Source: Schmidtea nova
Lineage: Eukaryota
Direction of reading: 5' to 3'
Length of the DNA stretch: 64,000 bases
Assembly (NCBI GenBank): GCA_044892505.1
Contig: CM097882.1
Coordinates: 417,818,001-417,882,000, forward strand
The notes under the pieces were generated by a model. It saw only the letters and a program-made list of their open reading frames with translations, did no database searches and was not told the origin of the DNA. Below, in pieces: positions 25,663 through 36,399 of this stretch. Positions within the stretch are counted from its first letter, which is position 1. Each line of letters begins with the position of its first letter. The position numbers were made by a program, and so were the translations under genes.

Positions 25663-26048
25663 AAAGGGTGGCCAACTCCAATGATCTTGCAGACCACATA
25701 TAAAATTATATATCACCATATTAGATTTAAATACACTATAAACATTTTTTTTCATTGTAAATAGAAACATGAGTTATTATTATTTTGTTTACTATTATCC
25801 TTACATGTAAAATAGATAATATAATAATGATACTATTTTCTTCCACTATTCGTCTTTTCTTTGCTGTCATACTTCATATTACCGAAAATACACTGAAAAT
25901 GTTTGTTTATCGATACAATTAAAATGTTTAAATTACCCTGGCCTTTATAAAATAAATATATTTTGTAAAAGTGTGATGAATCTCGCGGGCCAAAAAGTGT
26001 TGAAGGCGGGCCGAGTGCGGCCCACGGGCCGTGGGATGGCCAACCCTG
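25663..26048. mobile_element. hAT-type MITE (unit 1)
   Basis: Left AAAGGGTGGCCAAC, right GATGGCCAACCCTG with subterminal GCGGGCCGAGTGCGGCCCACGGGCC; 8-bp TSD CATTAAAT/TATTAAAT. Confidence 0.8.
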
Positions 26049-27935
26049 TATTAAATAGATTTAAAAATGTATAAATAGATAATTATCGACATTGATTGAT
26101 AAGTTTTTAAATAAGTAAAAGCAGGATATACTATTGCATTGAACTAAAAAAAGTATTTTTTTTATTGTTTTATGCGTTGAAAATATACATGCAGCGAAAT
26201 AAGTAATTTCAAAATCCAAGTAAACACCAAATAATACAAAGTATAAACATAATACAATAAGTTTAATAAACATGATCATTTAAAATATAAAATGCAAACT
26301 ATGACAAGCGCCGACACAATAGGTATACAAACGGCTTATCATAAGTTGCTCAGGATAAGAAAAACAATAAAAAAGACCACATGAAAATTGAATTTTTGAA
26401 ATATTATTGATGGTGTTGAGTAAAAACAAAACCAAACTAATTTTTGTGTAACAGTAGTGGAAACATACCTTGAAGAAGTCGCGCACAAAGTGAATTTATA
26501 GTTCTAAGCAGAAACTTTAAATAAACAAAAAACTAACAATTTGTTTGCGTGTATGGGCTGTTACGAAAAAATATTTGGTCTCTAAGGATTACTATAACCC
26601 ACGCCATATCATAAATATTAACTACCTCACTCATGTACCCATATTTACTCCTTGGCAAACTATGTTGGTAATGTACACAGTGGCGAAAATCTAGTGAGTA
26701 AGTGAGTTTCGCTGCTAAAACTACTCAATAAATTCTCTCTTTCAAGTTCCTTCTGCCGATAGAAAAACTTACGCACCTATCTATTTTACGGTCATGACGG
26801 ATTATTAATTCTTAGCGTCCTATCACTTAATGTTATCTCAGATCTACGTTTATTTATTCCCAAAAATATCTGAATAATCATCCTGCTTATATATTCCTTA
26901 ATTGTTCAATACTACTCTCAATGACCTCAAATTTACCCCTTTAATTATTATATACCACGGCTTTCACCTCGCATTCGCCTGGCGAATTGTAGGACTAAGG
27001 CTTCGTGGGAAACCATCGGTGAAATCACAACACACGATCTCATAATTATTAATTAAGTTTAGGGAAAATCAAATTGAACAGAGCTTGAACAAAATAAAAT
27101 CACATTTAAAATGTTTTTGAGTAAAATCACTTTATTACACCTTACACAGAAATAAAGTATACTTGAATAGTCCTGCAAACTGTTCCACTTGAATAACAAA
27201 ATACAATGACTGCTGCTGGCTGGTAGAATAAAATTGCTCTCCGTGAAAAAAGAAATCAAAATATTGAAAATGGAAAAAAGTTAAATTGTAGTTTTGTGTT
27301 GTCTTATGATTTTTCGGCGTCTATTTAGATTAATTCTAAATGACGTCTACTCATTCTATTCATTAAATCAAAATATTTGTAATTTGATTTATATAATTAG
27401 TTTAAAATTTAAATTATTTTTTAATAAATAAATAAATTATTTATTTTTGTAACATTTTATTTTATAATTTATTTTTTAAATATTTATTTTTAATTCTATT
27501 AATTAATGTGTGCATGTACTTTTTGCACGCTTTAATTGATTAATTAAAACAATCAAATTTTATTTCAATTTTATTTTCATTCCTATCTCCGTAATTTTGC
27601 CGACATTTTAATATATATTTTTCTATAATATTTAATAAATTATTCTCTTTATTCTAATACCGATTTTATTCTTTGATCATGCTTTTTGTTTTCTATATAT
27701 TGTTAGGTTGTTGACCATCAATATGACCTTGACGATGGTATGGCTCATCATCAACAACTCAACACATAAAACATTAGCTAACCATCTTATTGCCCGCTAT
27801 AAAATAACGTTGGTGATGCAACAAATAGATAGACATCCGCAAACAGTGAGCGTCGAAAATATTAGAATGACCGAATGTGACAATGGGTTCAAGGGCGCCC
27901 GATAGAAGGTTCTTTGCCAATTTTTACCTATACTT

Positions 27936-28346
27936 AGTAGGGGGAAGTGTGGACGGGAGCACAAAACATATGACGTCATCGCATGTGTACATCCAATTTA
28001 AATGAAGACCCCCGGGCAGTAGTTTTTTTTGCATAATCCCCCAAATTTGTTTTGCACACACACGATGAGTCATTAAAATTTATGTTTTATTTTTAAAGTC
28101 ATTTTAAAGACAAACAATGAGATCAACTTAAGTTCAAGGTCGAGGTCATCTTGGGGTCAAAGTCGACTTAAGGTAAAGGTCATTTGAGATTATCATAAGG
28201 TCATATTTTTAAAATTCAAAATTTTCGACAAAACTTTAAAATTTAAAAAACTTTAAAAAATTCAAAAATTCAAAAAACTTAAAATTTTTCAAAATTAAAA
28301 ATAAGAGGGAGGAATATACACTTCCCGCTCCACACTTCCTCTTACT
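27936..28346. mobile_element. 411-bp TIR-bounded element of uncertain class (Polinton/Maverick-terminus-like), unit 1
   Basis: AGTAGGGGGAAGTGTGGA-CGGGA versus reverse complement AGTAAGAGGAAGTGTGGAGCGGGA (21/24). No TSD found. Interior has TGACGTCA, AGGTCA-like motifs and A-tracts. Confidence 0.45.
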
Positions 28347-28484
28347 CTCCCGTTTATTTCTCACGAGATTTTTAACACTTTATATGTGTCTGATCAAGAC
28401 TTTAGTGTAAGAATAGATAGACGAAATTTAATTATATACAAGATGGTTTTATTTAAAATTTAAACTGTTGCGTATTGTGTTGTG

Positions 28485-29041
28485 CACGCGTGTTTTGTAA
28501 TTAAATTTGTATATTTAACTTACATAAAATATTTTTATTGTATTTTCATTATAACATTGTATGTATAAAATTTAAATGTCTACAAAATGACCTGATTGGA
28601 AATTTACTATCTTGGTTTGTTTTAAGACATACATGTTTTGTATTTAAATTTGCATTTTTCATATATATAAATTAACTTTAATGAGTTTTACTTGTAATAA
28701 TATAAATATAAGATTTAAATTTCTACAAAATGGCTTGATTGGTAATTTAGTTTGTTAGTGTGTTTGTATTACACACATTTTTGTAGTCAAATTTGTATAT
28801 TTCATCTATTTAAAATGACTTTATTGAGTTTTCATTGTAATCATGTAGAGATAAAATTTAAAATTCTACAAAATGGCTTAATTAAAATTTTTTTAAGTTG
28901 CTGTTTTTCGTGTTGTATACATGTTTTGTAATTAATTTTAGATTTTTCACATATATAAAATTATTTTGTTGAGATTTCATTATAATATTGAACATATAAA
29001 ATTTAATTTCCTTGAAAATGACTTTATTCAAAATTATGTAT
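28485..29041. repeat. Degenerate ~143-145-bp tandem repeat (4 monomers; a fifth continues at 32742-32860 after the LTR element)
   Basis: Anchor TTTTGTA at 28493, 28636, 28779, 28924 and 32773 (=29068 once the 3705-bp insertion is removed). AAAATG anchor at 28584, 28727, 28870 and 29015. Confidence 0.85.
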
Positions 29042-29223
29042 TGTAATACGATTACTAAACGAAAATAATTAGTGAGCACAGCAACTGTTTATTTAATTAA
29101 AAATATATTTCAATATATCGATATAAATTACCGCAAAGTAATATGTTAGCGACAAGAGCTATTGCATAATAGTCTCGTCGTTCAACACTATTACGCAACA
29201 GTGTCACAGTATTTTATTGCACA
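29042..29223 (-). repeat. 3' LTR (182 bp), unit 1; copies at 36957, 44872, 52787, 60702
   Basis: TGTAAT...TGCACA; aligns to 32567-32741 with 14 substitutions and one 7-nt indel. Confidence 0.95.
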
Positions 29224-29234
29224 TTCAACCGTGA

Positions 29235-31957
29235 TCAGTACGCTGTATCCAAGTCATGCTGATCAAGATAAAGTTGCTTCCTCTTATGTCGTCTCGGCCA
29301 GTCCTCACGTGTAGCAGCTTCCATCTCCTCACTTGCTCGGTCTGTCTGGGGTTGATATTCGAATCTGTCATCAGCAACATCTTCTTCTACTGCTGGTCGG
29401 ATGTGTAAAATGTGTCGCGATGTTCCATCCACTTCAATGTTTGTGGCAGAATTAATTCCGGTTACAATTTCAATGGGCTATTGAGTAGTACACTTTGCCC
29501 AGTTGTATATTCACATGTTACTGAGAGTTCATCTTCTTTTCCTCGGTGAAATCTCCAATGATACTTGAACAACCCTTCTGACGGGGATGTGTCCTGATTG
29601 GTGCCATCTCTAGGCGCGGCGTTGTACCAGAAGACAATATCTCGGGGATCTGCATGACTCCTGGCTGCATGACACTTTATTGTCCGGTGGCTTTTTTTAC
29701 AATCCAATTTACAGCGGGCCGATAAGCGCATCTGTAGGGTGGCATAACATTCCATCTACAACACAGCTCTCTGAGGGAATTAGATTGAAAACTTGATCCA
29801 TTATCCATCAATAGTTCTGATACTAGGCTTCTCTCTCGAAATACTTCCTCCAAATTTCTCAATGTTTGGGGCGTCCTTGTGGTCTATTTTCCTCCATATT
29901 GCAAATCTGTTAGGCAAGCAGTCTACCATTGTCATAAATATGGATCTCTCGTAGTGCGTGACGTCAACCACCAATCTCTTCCAGTTTTCCGTGACTTCCA
30001 GTGTACCGTACTTCCAATTAATCGATTCTGTACAGTTTCTCAAGACGTCTTTTTTCCTGTCTCGATCGGTTTCCGGATTTTCCGATTGAATGAAGTAGAT
30101 TGATTTTTTTCAAAACCGAAATGGTGTTTGCGATGGCGGTCCTTTATTTGCTCTGTTGACAGTCTTACACATCCAAAACAATTCCCAGGCTTCAGCCAAT
30201 TCATTGGAACACGCGTAAAGACATCTGTTCGGTTCTCTGTTGACTTCAATAAACATACAGAGATAGTTATATTTTCATCGGCGGTGAGTTCATTGAGTTC
30301 TCCAGGCGTTTCAGAAATTACATGGACCCTTATGTTGCTTTTTTTATTCATCGCTGTTTATAACCAGGTTGTCACGGTGGCCGAATCCACCATCAATTCG
30401 ATTCTCTTAACTCCCCATTGTATAGCCAAATTAATACCCTTAAGCACCGCATCAAGTTCTGCAGCATTTATATGAGAGTGGTCATCGCCTTTTCTGAGCC
30501 AAGAAACATCATCAACGACATCACCATTTATTACCAGCATAACCCCTAAGACGAAACTACTCGAATCACACCACAGAACCTCGCAATCGTTATTTGTTAC
30601 CGTCCACCTTCCCTTGATTGGATCTTTTGATTTAACACGAGTGATCACTTCTGCCAGCTTCGATTCGCATTCTTTTCCAATTAGTTCATCCCATTTCGTA
30701 CCATTTGCAATTTTTTTAATATAACTGAACGCGACTCTGAGCCACCCTGCAACTGAATAATGTCCAACAAGTTTACCGCAAATAAAGAACAGCATACGAC
30801 GAGTGATTTCACTTTCGATTGCACCGATATCATTTCCCCTGATTCATGACAGGTGGCCCGCACGATCACGTTTTATTCTGAGCCCAAGAACCTTTGAGTT
30901 TTCTATTGATCCTGCTGGCTTTGTAGTCAAGCCGTATTGAGCTAAGTGATTCACGACCTCGTTAACTTGAACTTTGCTTGTGTCAACAGCGATGTCATCA
31001 ATGTAGTGATCTGTTGCATCTTTGATTCTGGTTGGAATCTTAACACTTTCCTGAGCACTTGAGACATTATTTTTGAAGAACAGTTGAAGCCGAATCCCAA
31101 TCCTGTTAAGTAATACAGCTTGTCTTTGTATCGAACATTTTGGTATTCCCAAAGATCTTCGCTGAAGTGTAACTGCACATAGGCATTCTTTGAAAATCAA
31201 GCACTAACACCTTATCTCCCATTTGTCGACATTTCTTCAAACTTTCGCCTCATACATCACATACTGTCACCCGTGTGACTCCTACCGTAATTATTGAGCT
31301 CTCTGAAGTCAATAACCAGTCGGACTTTCCCTTTGTTTTTTTGCATTGCTGCTGACAAAAGCAAAATACCATGATCGTCGCTGTTCGCCGGAATCAACCA
31401 GTATTCCTTGATCCAGTTCTCGATCTCCTTTTCATGCTCATTTCGCATTTCTGGTTTTACTGTATATACTGCAACATGGTTTTCAGCAGGACAGGTTTGT
31501 TCTTATCGAATGACGCTGAAAAATCGTCATCTTCAATTTTTACTTGATTCTGTTTCACGATCTGCACTGATGAAACAGCACATCCACCAAATTACACTTC
31601 TTCTTTATTACTCCAAACGCATCCAAGAAGTCTGATTGCATCAAGTCCCACAACTACGTCAACCCCTGCTACAAGATTTTCCATTATTAAACAATTTACC
31701 ATAACACATGATCCCCGTACGGATATTCTGCATTGGCTCTCTCCTTTGCAAGGCACTCTACGACCATCAACAGAGATGACGTCCCTGGTTTCGCCTCTAC
31801 TTTTCGTAAGCCGCATGGATGCTATTGTTTGGGAGCATCCAGGATCAACCAATCCAACTCACCACTTTCCATTCACCTTGAGCTTGACTATCCCCTAAGC
31901 CATTCCCGACATTATTGAGAAACCGCTGGCGCTACAGTTTCTCTTCTGGCGTTTCCC
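29235..31957 (-). pseudogene. pol: pol pseudogene (protease, RT, RNase H, integrase), unit 1
   Basis: PR LVDPGCSQT; RT VRLVIDFRELN, LGFGFN, HYIDD; RH WCDSSS, HINAAEL, VDSAT; IN HHFG, VVDVTH, MDNG. Multiple stops and frameshifts. Confidence 0.92.
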
Positions 31958-32553
31958 TGTGATCTTTTTGGACATTGTCCGGACGAGTGCTCTGTGTTCC
32001 TACATGTCCAACATTCTTGCTTAGGACATTTTTTCAAGTAGTGTCCAGGTCTCCCACAACCGTAACAGAGTCTACTTTCCATTCTATTATTGTTAGGCGA
32101 TGTCTTTGACGCGACCAGTCCGACCGACATGGAATGTTCTGATAACAGAGCATGAGCTTGCCGAACTATTTCTGTAAGGCTCATTTCATGAATTTTTTCC
32201 GAGGCTCTCATCTGTTGGGATTCTGGCAATGGCAAACCTGTAACAAATGCCCTCTTGATCAGATTATCTTCTTGAATGCCAGCCACTGTGATCAATTGCT
32301 TTAAATCCGCGAGGAAGTCGTCCACCAGCTCCCCTTTCCATGACTTATTTAAAAATTTATCATAGGTCTGGAAACCGTCCATTAAAAATGTGTCTAACAG
32401 CACCTTTTGATTGCATTACAGCAACGCTTATCTTTTTCCATCAAATGATCGTAGACAAAAAATGCAGGCCCCTCTAACGACAACGTTAGCACAAGTGATA
32501 TATCGATAATACACCTATTCATCATAGGGCTTTATAAATTTTTGTAATTCCAT
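31912..32553 (-). pseudogene. gag: gag pseudogene with two CCHC zinc knuckles, unit 1
   Basis: ATG at 32553, TAG at codon 13, out-of-frame LEGPAFFVYDH segment; C-terminal CYGCGRPGHYLKKC and CWTCRNTEHSSGQC. Confidence 0.92.
31917..31957 (-). promoter_or_regulatory. -1 programmed ribosomal frameshift signal at the gag-pol junction
   Basis: G GGA AAC heptamer in the gag register (31951-31957), 7-nt spacer, 9-bp stem GAGAAACUG/CGGUUUCUC. The -1 frame is the VDPGC protease frame. Confidence 0.75.
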
Positions 32554-32566
32554 TACCACGATAGCT

Positions 32567-32741
32567 TGTAGGACGATTTCTAAACGAAAAGAATTAGTGA
32601 GCACAACAACTGCTTATTTAATTAAAACTAGATTTCAATATATCGATATAAATTACCGCAACGTTAGCGACAAGAGGTATTGCACAATAGTCTCGTCATT
32701 CAACACTATTACGCAACAGTGTCGCAGTATTTTCTTGCACA
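32567..32741 (-). repeat. 5' LTR (175 bp), unit 1; copies at 40482, 48397, 56312
   Basis: TGTAGG...TGCACA followed by the TSD TGTAT. Confidence 0.95.
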
Positions 32742-33019
32742 TGTATGTCGATATGTTTGTAATGCACACATATTTTGTAATAAAATTTGTATATTTTATT
32801 TATATTTAATAATTTCATAAAGTTTTCATTGTAATATTGTATGTGAAATTTTAAATACCACAACGTATGAAAACCCGAGTCATCAACAAAATTATATAAT
32901 TACCGGAGAAATTGGATGATCTAGAGGAAGCCCGGATGAGCAGCAGATAAACCAATTACCCTGAACAAAAATTAATTATCAGTAAACACGAATGAAAATA
33001 GAAAACCCAAGCGGTAAGG

Positions 33020-33290
33020 AGAACCAAAACCTAAATTATATAATTAGCTTTTTTAGACTAATTGATCGAGAGGTGTTGACCAATAATTCAATCAAAAAAT
33101 ACTATCAAAAGAGAAGCAAGTTAAGTATTATTGCCACTTGGTCAAAGACAGATTTCTTTGAGTTATTCAAAGGGTTAGCTACAGATTTTCACTCATCAAA
33201 TCAATTATCGCGTACAAGAAAAGGGATCTCCTATTGGAAGACCTACCCCTATCGCAGAAAAGTACCGATTGGTTAAAAAGGGTTAGCGAT
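33020..33290 (+). pseudogene. Possible decayed Penelope-type RT fragment (repeated at +7915 in units 2-4)
   Basis: IISF...LTN then DFFELF...NQL / VQEKGSPIGRPTPIAE resemble PLE RT motifs SFDVxSLFTN and QxxGxPMGSPLSPxxAE; frameshifted. Confidence 0.35.
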
Positions 33291-33577
33291 ATTATAATTG
33301 TGGAGTGAAAATTAAAAATTATTGTGTTAGGTGATTTGTATTGATTTTATTGAAAGGAGCACGAAGAGTCAGAAATTTATAGACCTAATAATAAACCCAA
33401 CACTTGTATGTTAATAAATATTATGTTTTCATTTGATTTTTTACTTTGTAATATGTCTCATATGATACCCATTCAAATAAAGTCATTTAAATTTCGTTAA
33501 AGACAGAAAATGTAGACAGAAAATTTCTTTTAATTAAATAATTTGTTAGATTAAATAGATAATTGTATACATTAAAT

Positions 33578-33963
33578 AAAGGGTGGCCAACTCCAATGAT
33601 CTTGCAGACCACATATAAAATTATATATCACCATATTAGATTTAAATACACTATAAACATTTTTTTTCATTGTAAATAGAAACATGAGTTATTATTATTT
33701 TGTTTACTATTATCCTTACATGTAAAATAGATAATATAATAATGATACTATTTTCTTCCACTATTCGTCTTTTCTTTGCTGTCATACTTCATATTACCGA
33801 AAATACACTGAAAATGTTTGTTTATCGATACAATTAAAATGTTTAAATTACCCTGGCCTTTATAAAATAAATATATTTTGTAAAAGTGTGATGAATCTCG
33901 CGGGCCAAAAAGTGTTGAAGGCGGGCCGAGTGCGGCCCACGGGCCGTGGGATGGCCAACCCTG
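33578..33963. mobile_element. hAT-type MITE (unit 2)
   Basis: Copy of 25663-26048 at +7915. Confidence 0.8.
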
Positions 33964-35850
33964 TATTAAATAGATTTAAAAATGTATAAATAGATAATTA
34001 TCGACATTGATTGATAAGTTTTTAAATAAGTAAAAGCAGGATATACTATTGCATTGAACTAAAAAAAGTATTTTTTTTATTGTTTTATGCGTTGAAAATA
34101 TACATGCAGCGAAATAAGTAATTTCAAAATCCAAGTAAACACCAAATAATACAAAGTATAAACATAATACAATAAGTTTAATAAACATGATCATTTAAAA
34201 TATAAAATGCAAACTATGACAAGCGCCGACACAATAGGTATACAAACGGCTTATCATAAGTTGCTCAGGATAAGAAAAACAATAAAAAAGACCACATGAA
34301 AATTGAATTTTTGAAATATTATTGATGGTGTTGAGTAAAAACAAAACCAAACTAATTTTTGTGTAACAGTAGTGGAAACATACCTTGAAGAAGTCGCGCA
34401 CAAAGTGAATTTATAGTTCTAAGCAGAAACTTTAAATAAACAAAAAACTAACAATTTGTTTGCGTGTATGGGCTGTTACGAAAAAATATTTGGTCTCTAA
34501 GGATTACTATAACCCACGCCATATCATAAATATTAACTACCTCACTCATGTACCCATATTTACTCCTTGGCAAACTATGTTGGTAATGTACACAGTGGCG
34601 AAAATCTAGTGAGTAAGTGAGTTTCGCTGCTAAAACTACTCAATAAATTCTCTCTTTCAAGTTCCTTCTGCCGATAGAAAAACTTACGCACCTATCTATT
34701 TTACGGTCATGACGGATTATTAATTCTTAGCGTCCTATCACTTAATGTTATCTCAGATCTACGTTTATTTATTCCCAAAAATATCTGAATAATCATCCTG
34801 CTTATATATTCCTTAATTGTTCAATACTACTCTCAATGACCTCAAATTTACCCCTTTAATTATTATATACCACGGCTTTCACCTCGCATTCGCCTGGCGA
34901 ATTGTAGGACTAAGGCTTCGTGGGAAACCATCGGTGAAATCACAACACACGATCTCATAATTATTAATTAAGTTTAGGGAAAATCAAATTGAACAGAGCT
35001 TGAACAAAATAAAATCACATTTAAAATGTTTTTGAGTAAAATCACTTTATTACACCTTACACAGAAATAAAGTATACTTGAATAGTCCTGCAAACTGTTC
35101 CACTTGAATAACAAAATACAATGACTGCTGCTGGCTGGTAGAATAAAATTGCTCTCCGTGAAAAAAGAAATCAAAATATTGAAAATGGAAAAAAGTTAAA
35201 TTGTAGTTTTGTGTTGTCTTATGATTTTTCGGCGTCTATTTAGATTAATTCTAAATGACGTCTACTCATTCTATTCATTAAATCAAAATATTTGTAATTT
35301 GATTTATATAATTAGTTTAAAATTTAAATTATTTTTTAATAAATAAATAAATTATTTATTTTTGTAACATTTTATTTTATAATTTATTTTTTAAATATTT
35401 ATTTTTAATTCTATTAATTAATGTGTGCATGTACTTTTTGCACGCTTTAATTGATTAATTAAAACAATCAAATTTTATTTCAATTTTATTTTCATTCCTA
35501 TCTCCGTAATTTTGCCGACATTTTAATATATATTTTTCTATAATATTTAATAAATTATTCTCTTTATTCTAATACCGATTTTATTCTTTGATCATGCTTT
35601 TTGTTTTCTATATATTGTTAGGTTGTTGACCATCAATATGACCTTGACGATGGTATGGCTCATCATCAACAACTCAACACATAAAACATTAGCTAACCAT
35701 CTTATTGCCCGCTATAAAATAACGTTGGTGATGCAACAAATAGATAGACATCCGCAAACAGTGAGCGTCGAAAATATTAGAATGACCGAATGTGACAATG
35801 GGTTCAAGGGCGCCCGATAGAAGGTTCTTTGCCAATTTTTACCTATACTT

Positions 35851-36261
35851 AGTAGGGGGAAGTGTGGACGGGAGCACAAAACATATGACGTCATCGCATG
35901 TGTACATCCAATTTAAATGAAGACCCCCGGGCAGTAGTTTTTTTTGCATAATCCCCCAAATTTGTTTTGCACACACACGATGAGTCATTAAAATTTATGT
36001 TTTATTTTTAAAGTCATTTTAAAGACAAACAATGAGATCAACTTAAGTTCAAGGTCGAGGTCATCTTGGGGTCAAAGTCGACTTAAGGTAAAGGTCATTT
36101 GAGATTATCATAAGGTCATATTTTTAAAATTCAAAATTTTCGACAAAACTTTAAAATTTAAAAAACTTTAAAAAATTCAAAAATTCAAAAAACTTAAAAT
36201 TTTTCAAAATTAAAAATAAGAGGGAGGAATATACACTTCCCGCTCCACACTTCCTCTTACT
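35851..36261. mobile_element. 411-bp TIR element (unit 2)
   Basis: Copy of 27936-28346. Confidence 0.45.
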
Positions 36262-36399
36262 CTCCCGTTTATTTCTCACGAGATTTTTAACACTTTATAT
36301 GTGTCTGATCAAGACTTTAGTGTAAGAATAGATAGACGAAATTTAATTATATACAAGATGGTTTTATTTAAAATTTAAACTGTTGCGTATTGTGTTGTG

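Larger units (their letters stand above)
29042..32741 (-). mobile_element. Full-length decayed Ty3/Gypsy-like LTR retrotransposon, 3,700 bp (unit 1)
   Basis: TG..CA LTRs at 29042-29223 and 32567-32741; 5-bp TSD TGTAT at 29037-29041 and 32742-32746; order gag-PR-RT-RH-IN on the minus strand. Confidence 0.95.

Noticed and set aside
26630-26700. LANYVGNVHSGEN resembling a C2H2 zinc-finger linker
   Set aside because: Cys and His spacing is not recoverable; compatible with chance.
27708-27905. Possible terminal exon after a TTGTTAG acceptor (65-aa ORF, or VVDHQYDLDDGMAHHQQLNT*)
   Set aside because: No homology recognised and no supportable upstream exon; needs RNA-seq.
31567-31580. CTGATGA inside the unit as a hammerhead core
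   Set aside because: No stem II between CTGATGA and a separate GAAA; it lies antisense within pol.
29879-31918. Plus-strand ORFs (74, 115, 75 and 61 aa) and their repeats
   Set aside because: Antisense to pol with no motifs; they recur only because the whole unit is duplicated.
25605-33524. Helitron rolling-circle origin of the array
   Set aside because: No 5'-TC start and no hairpin plus CTRR end at the unit junction on either strand; no Rep/helicase remnant.
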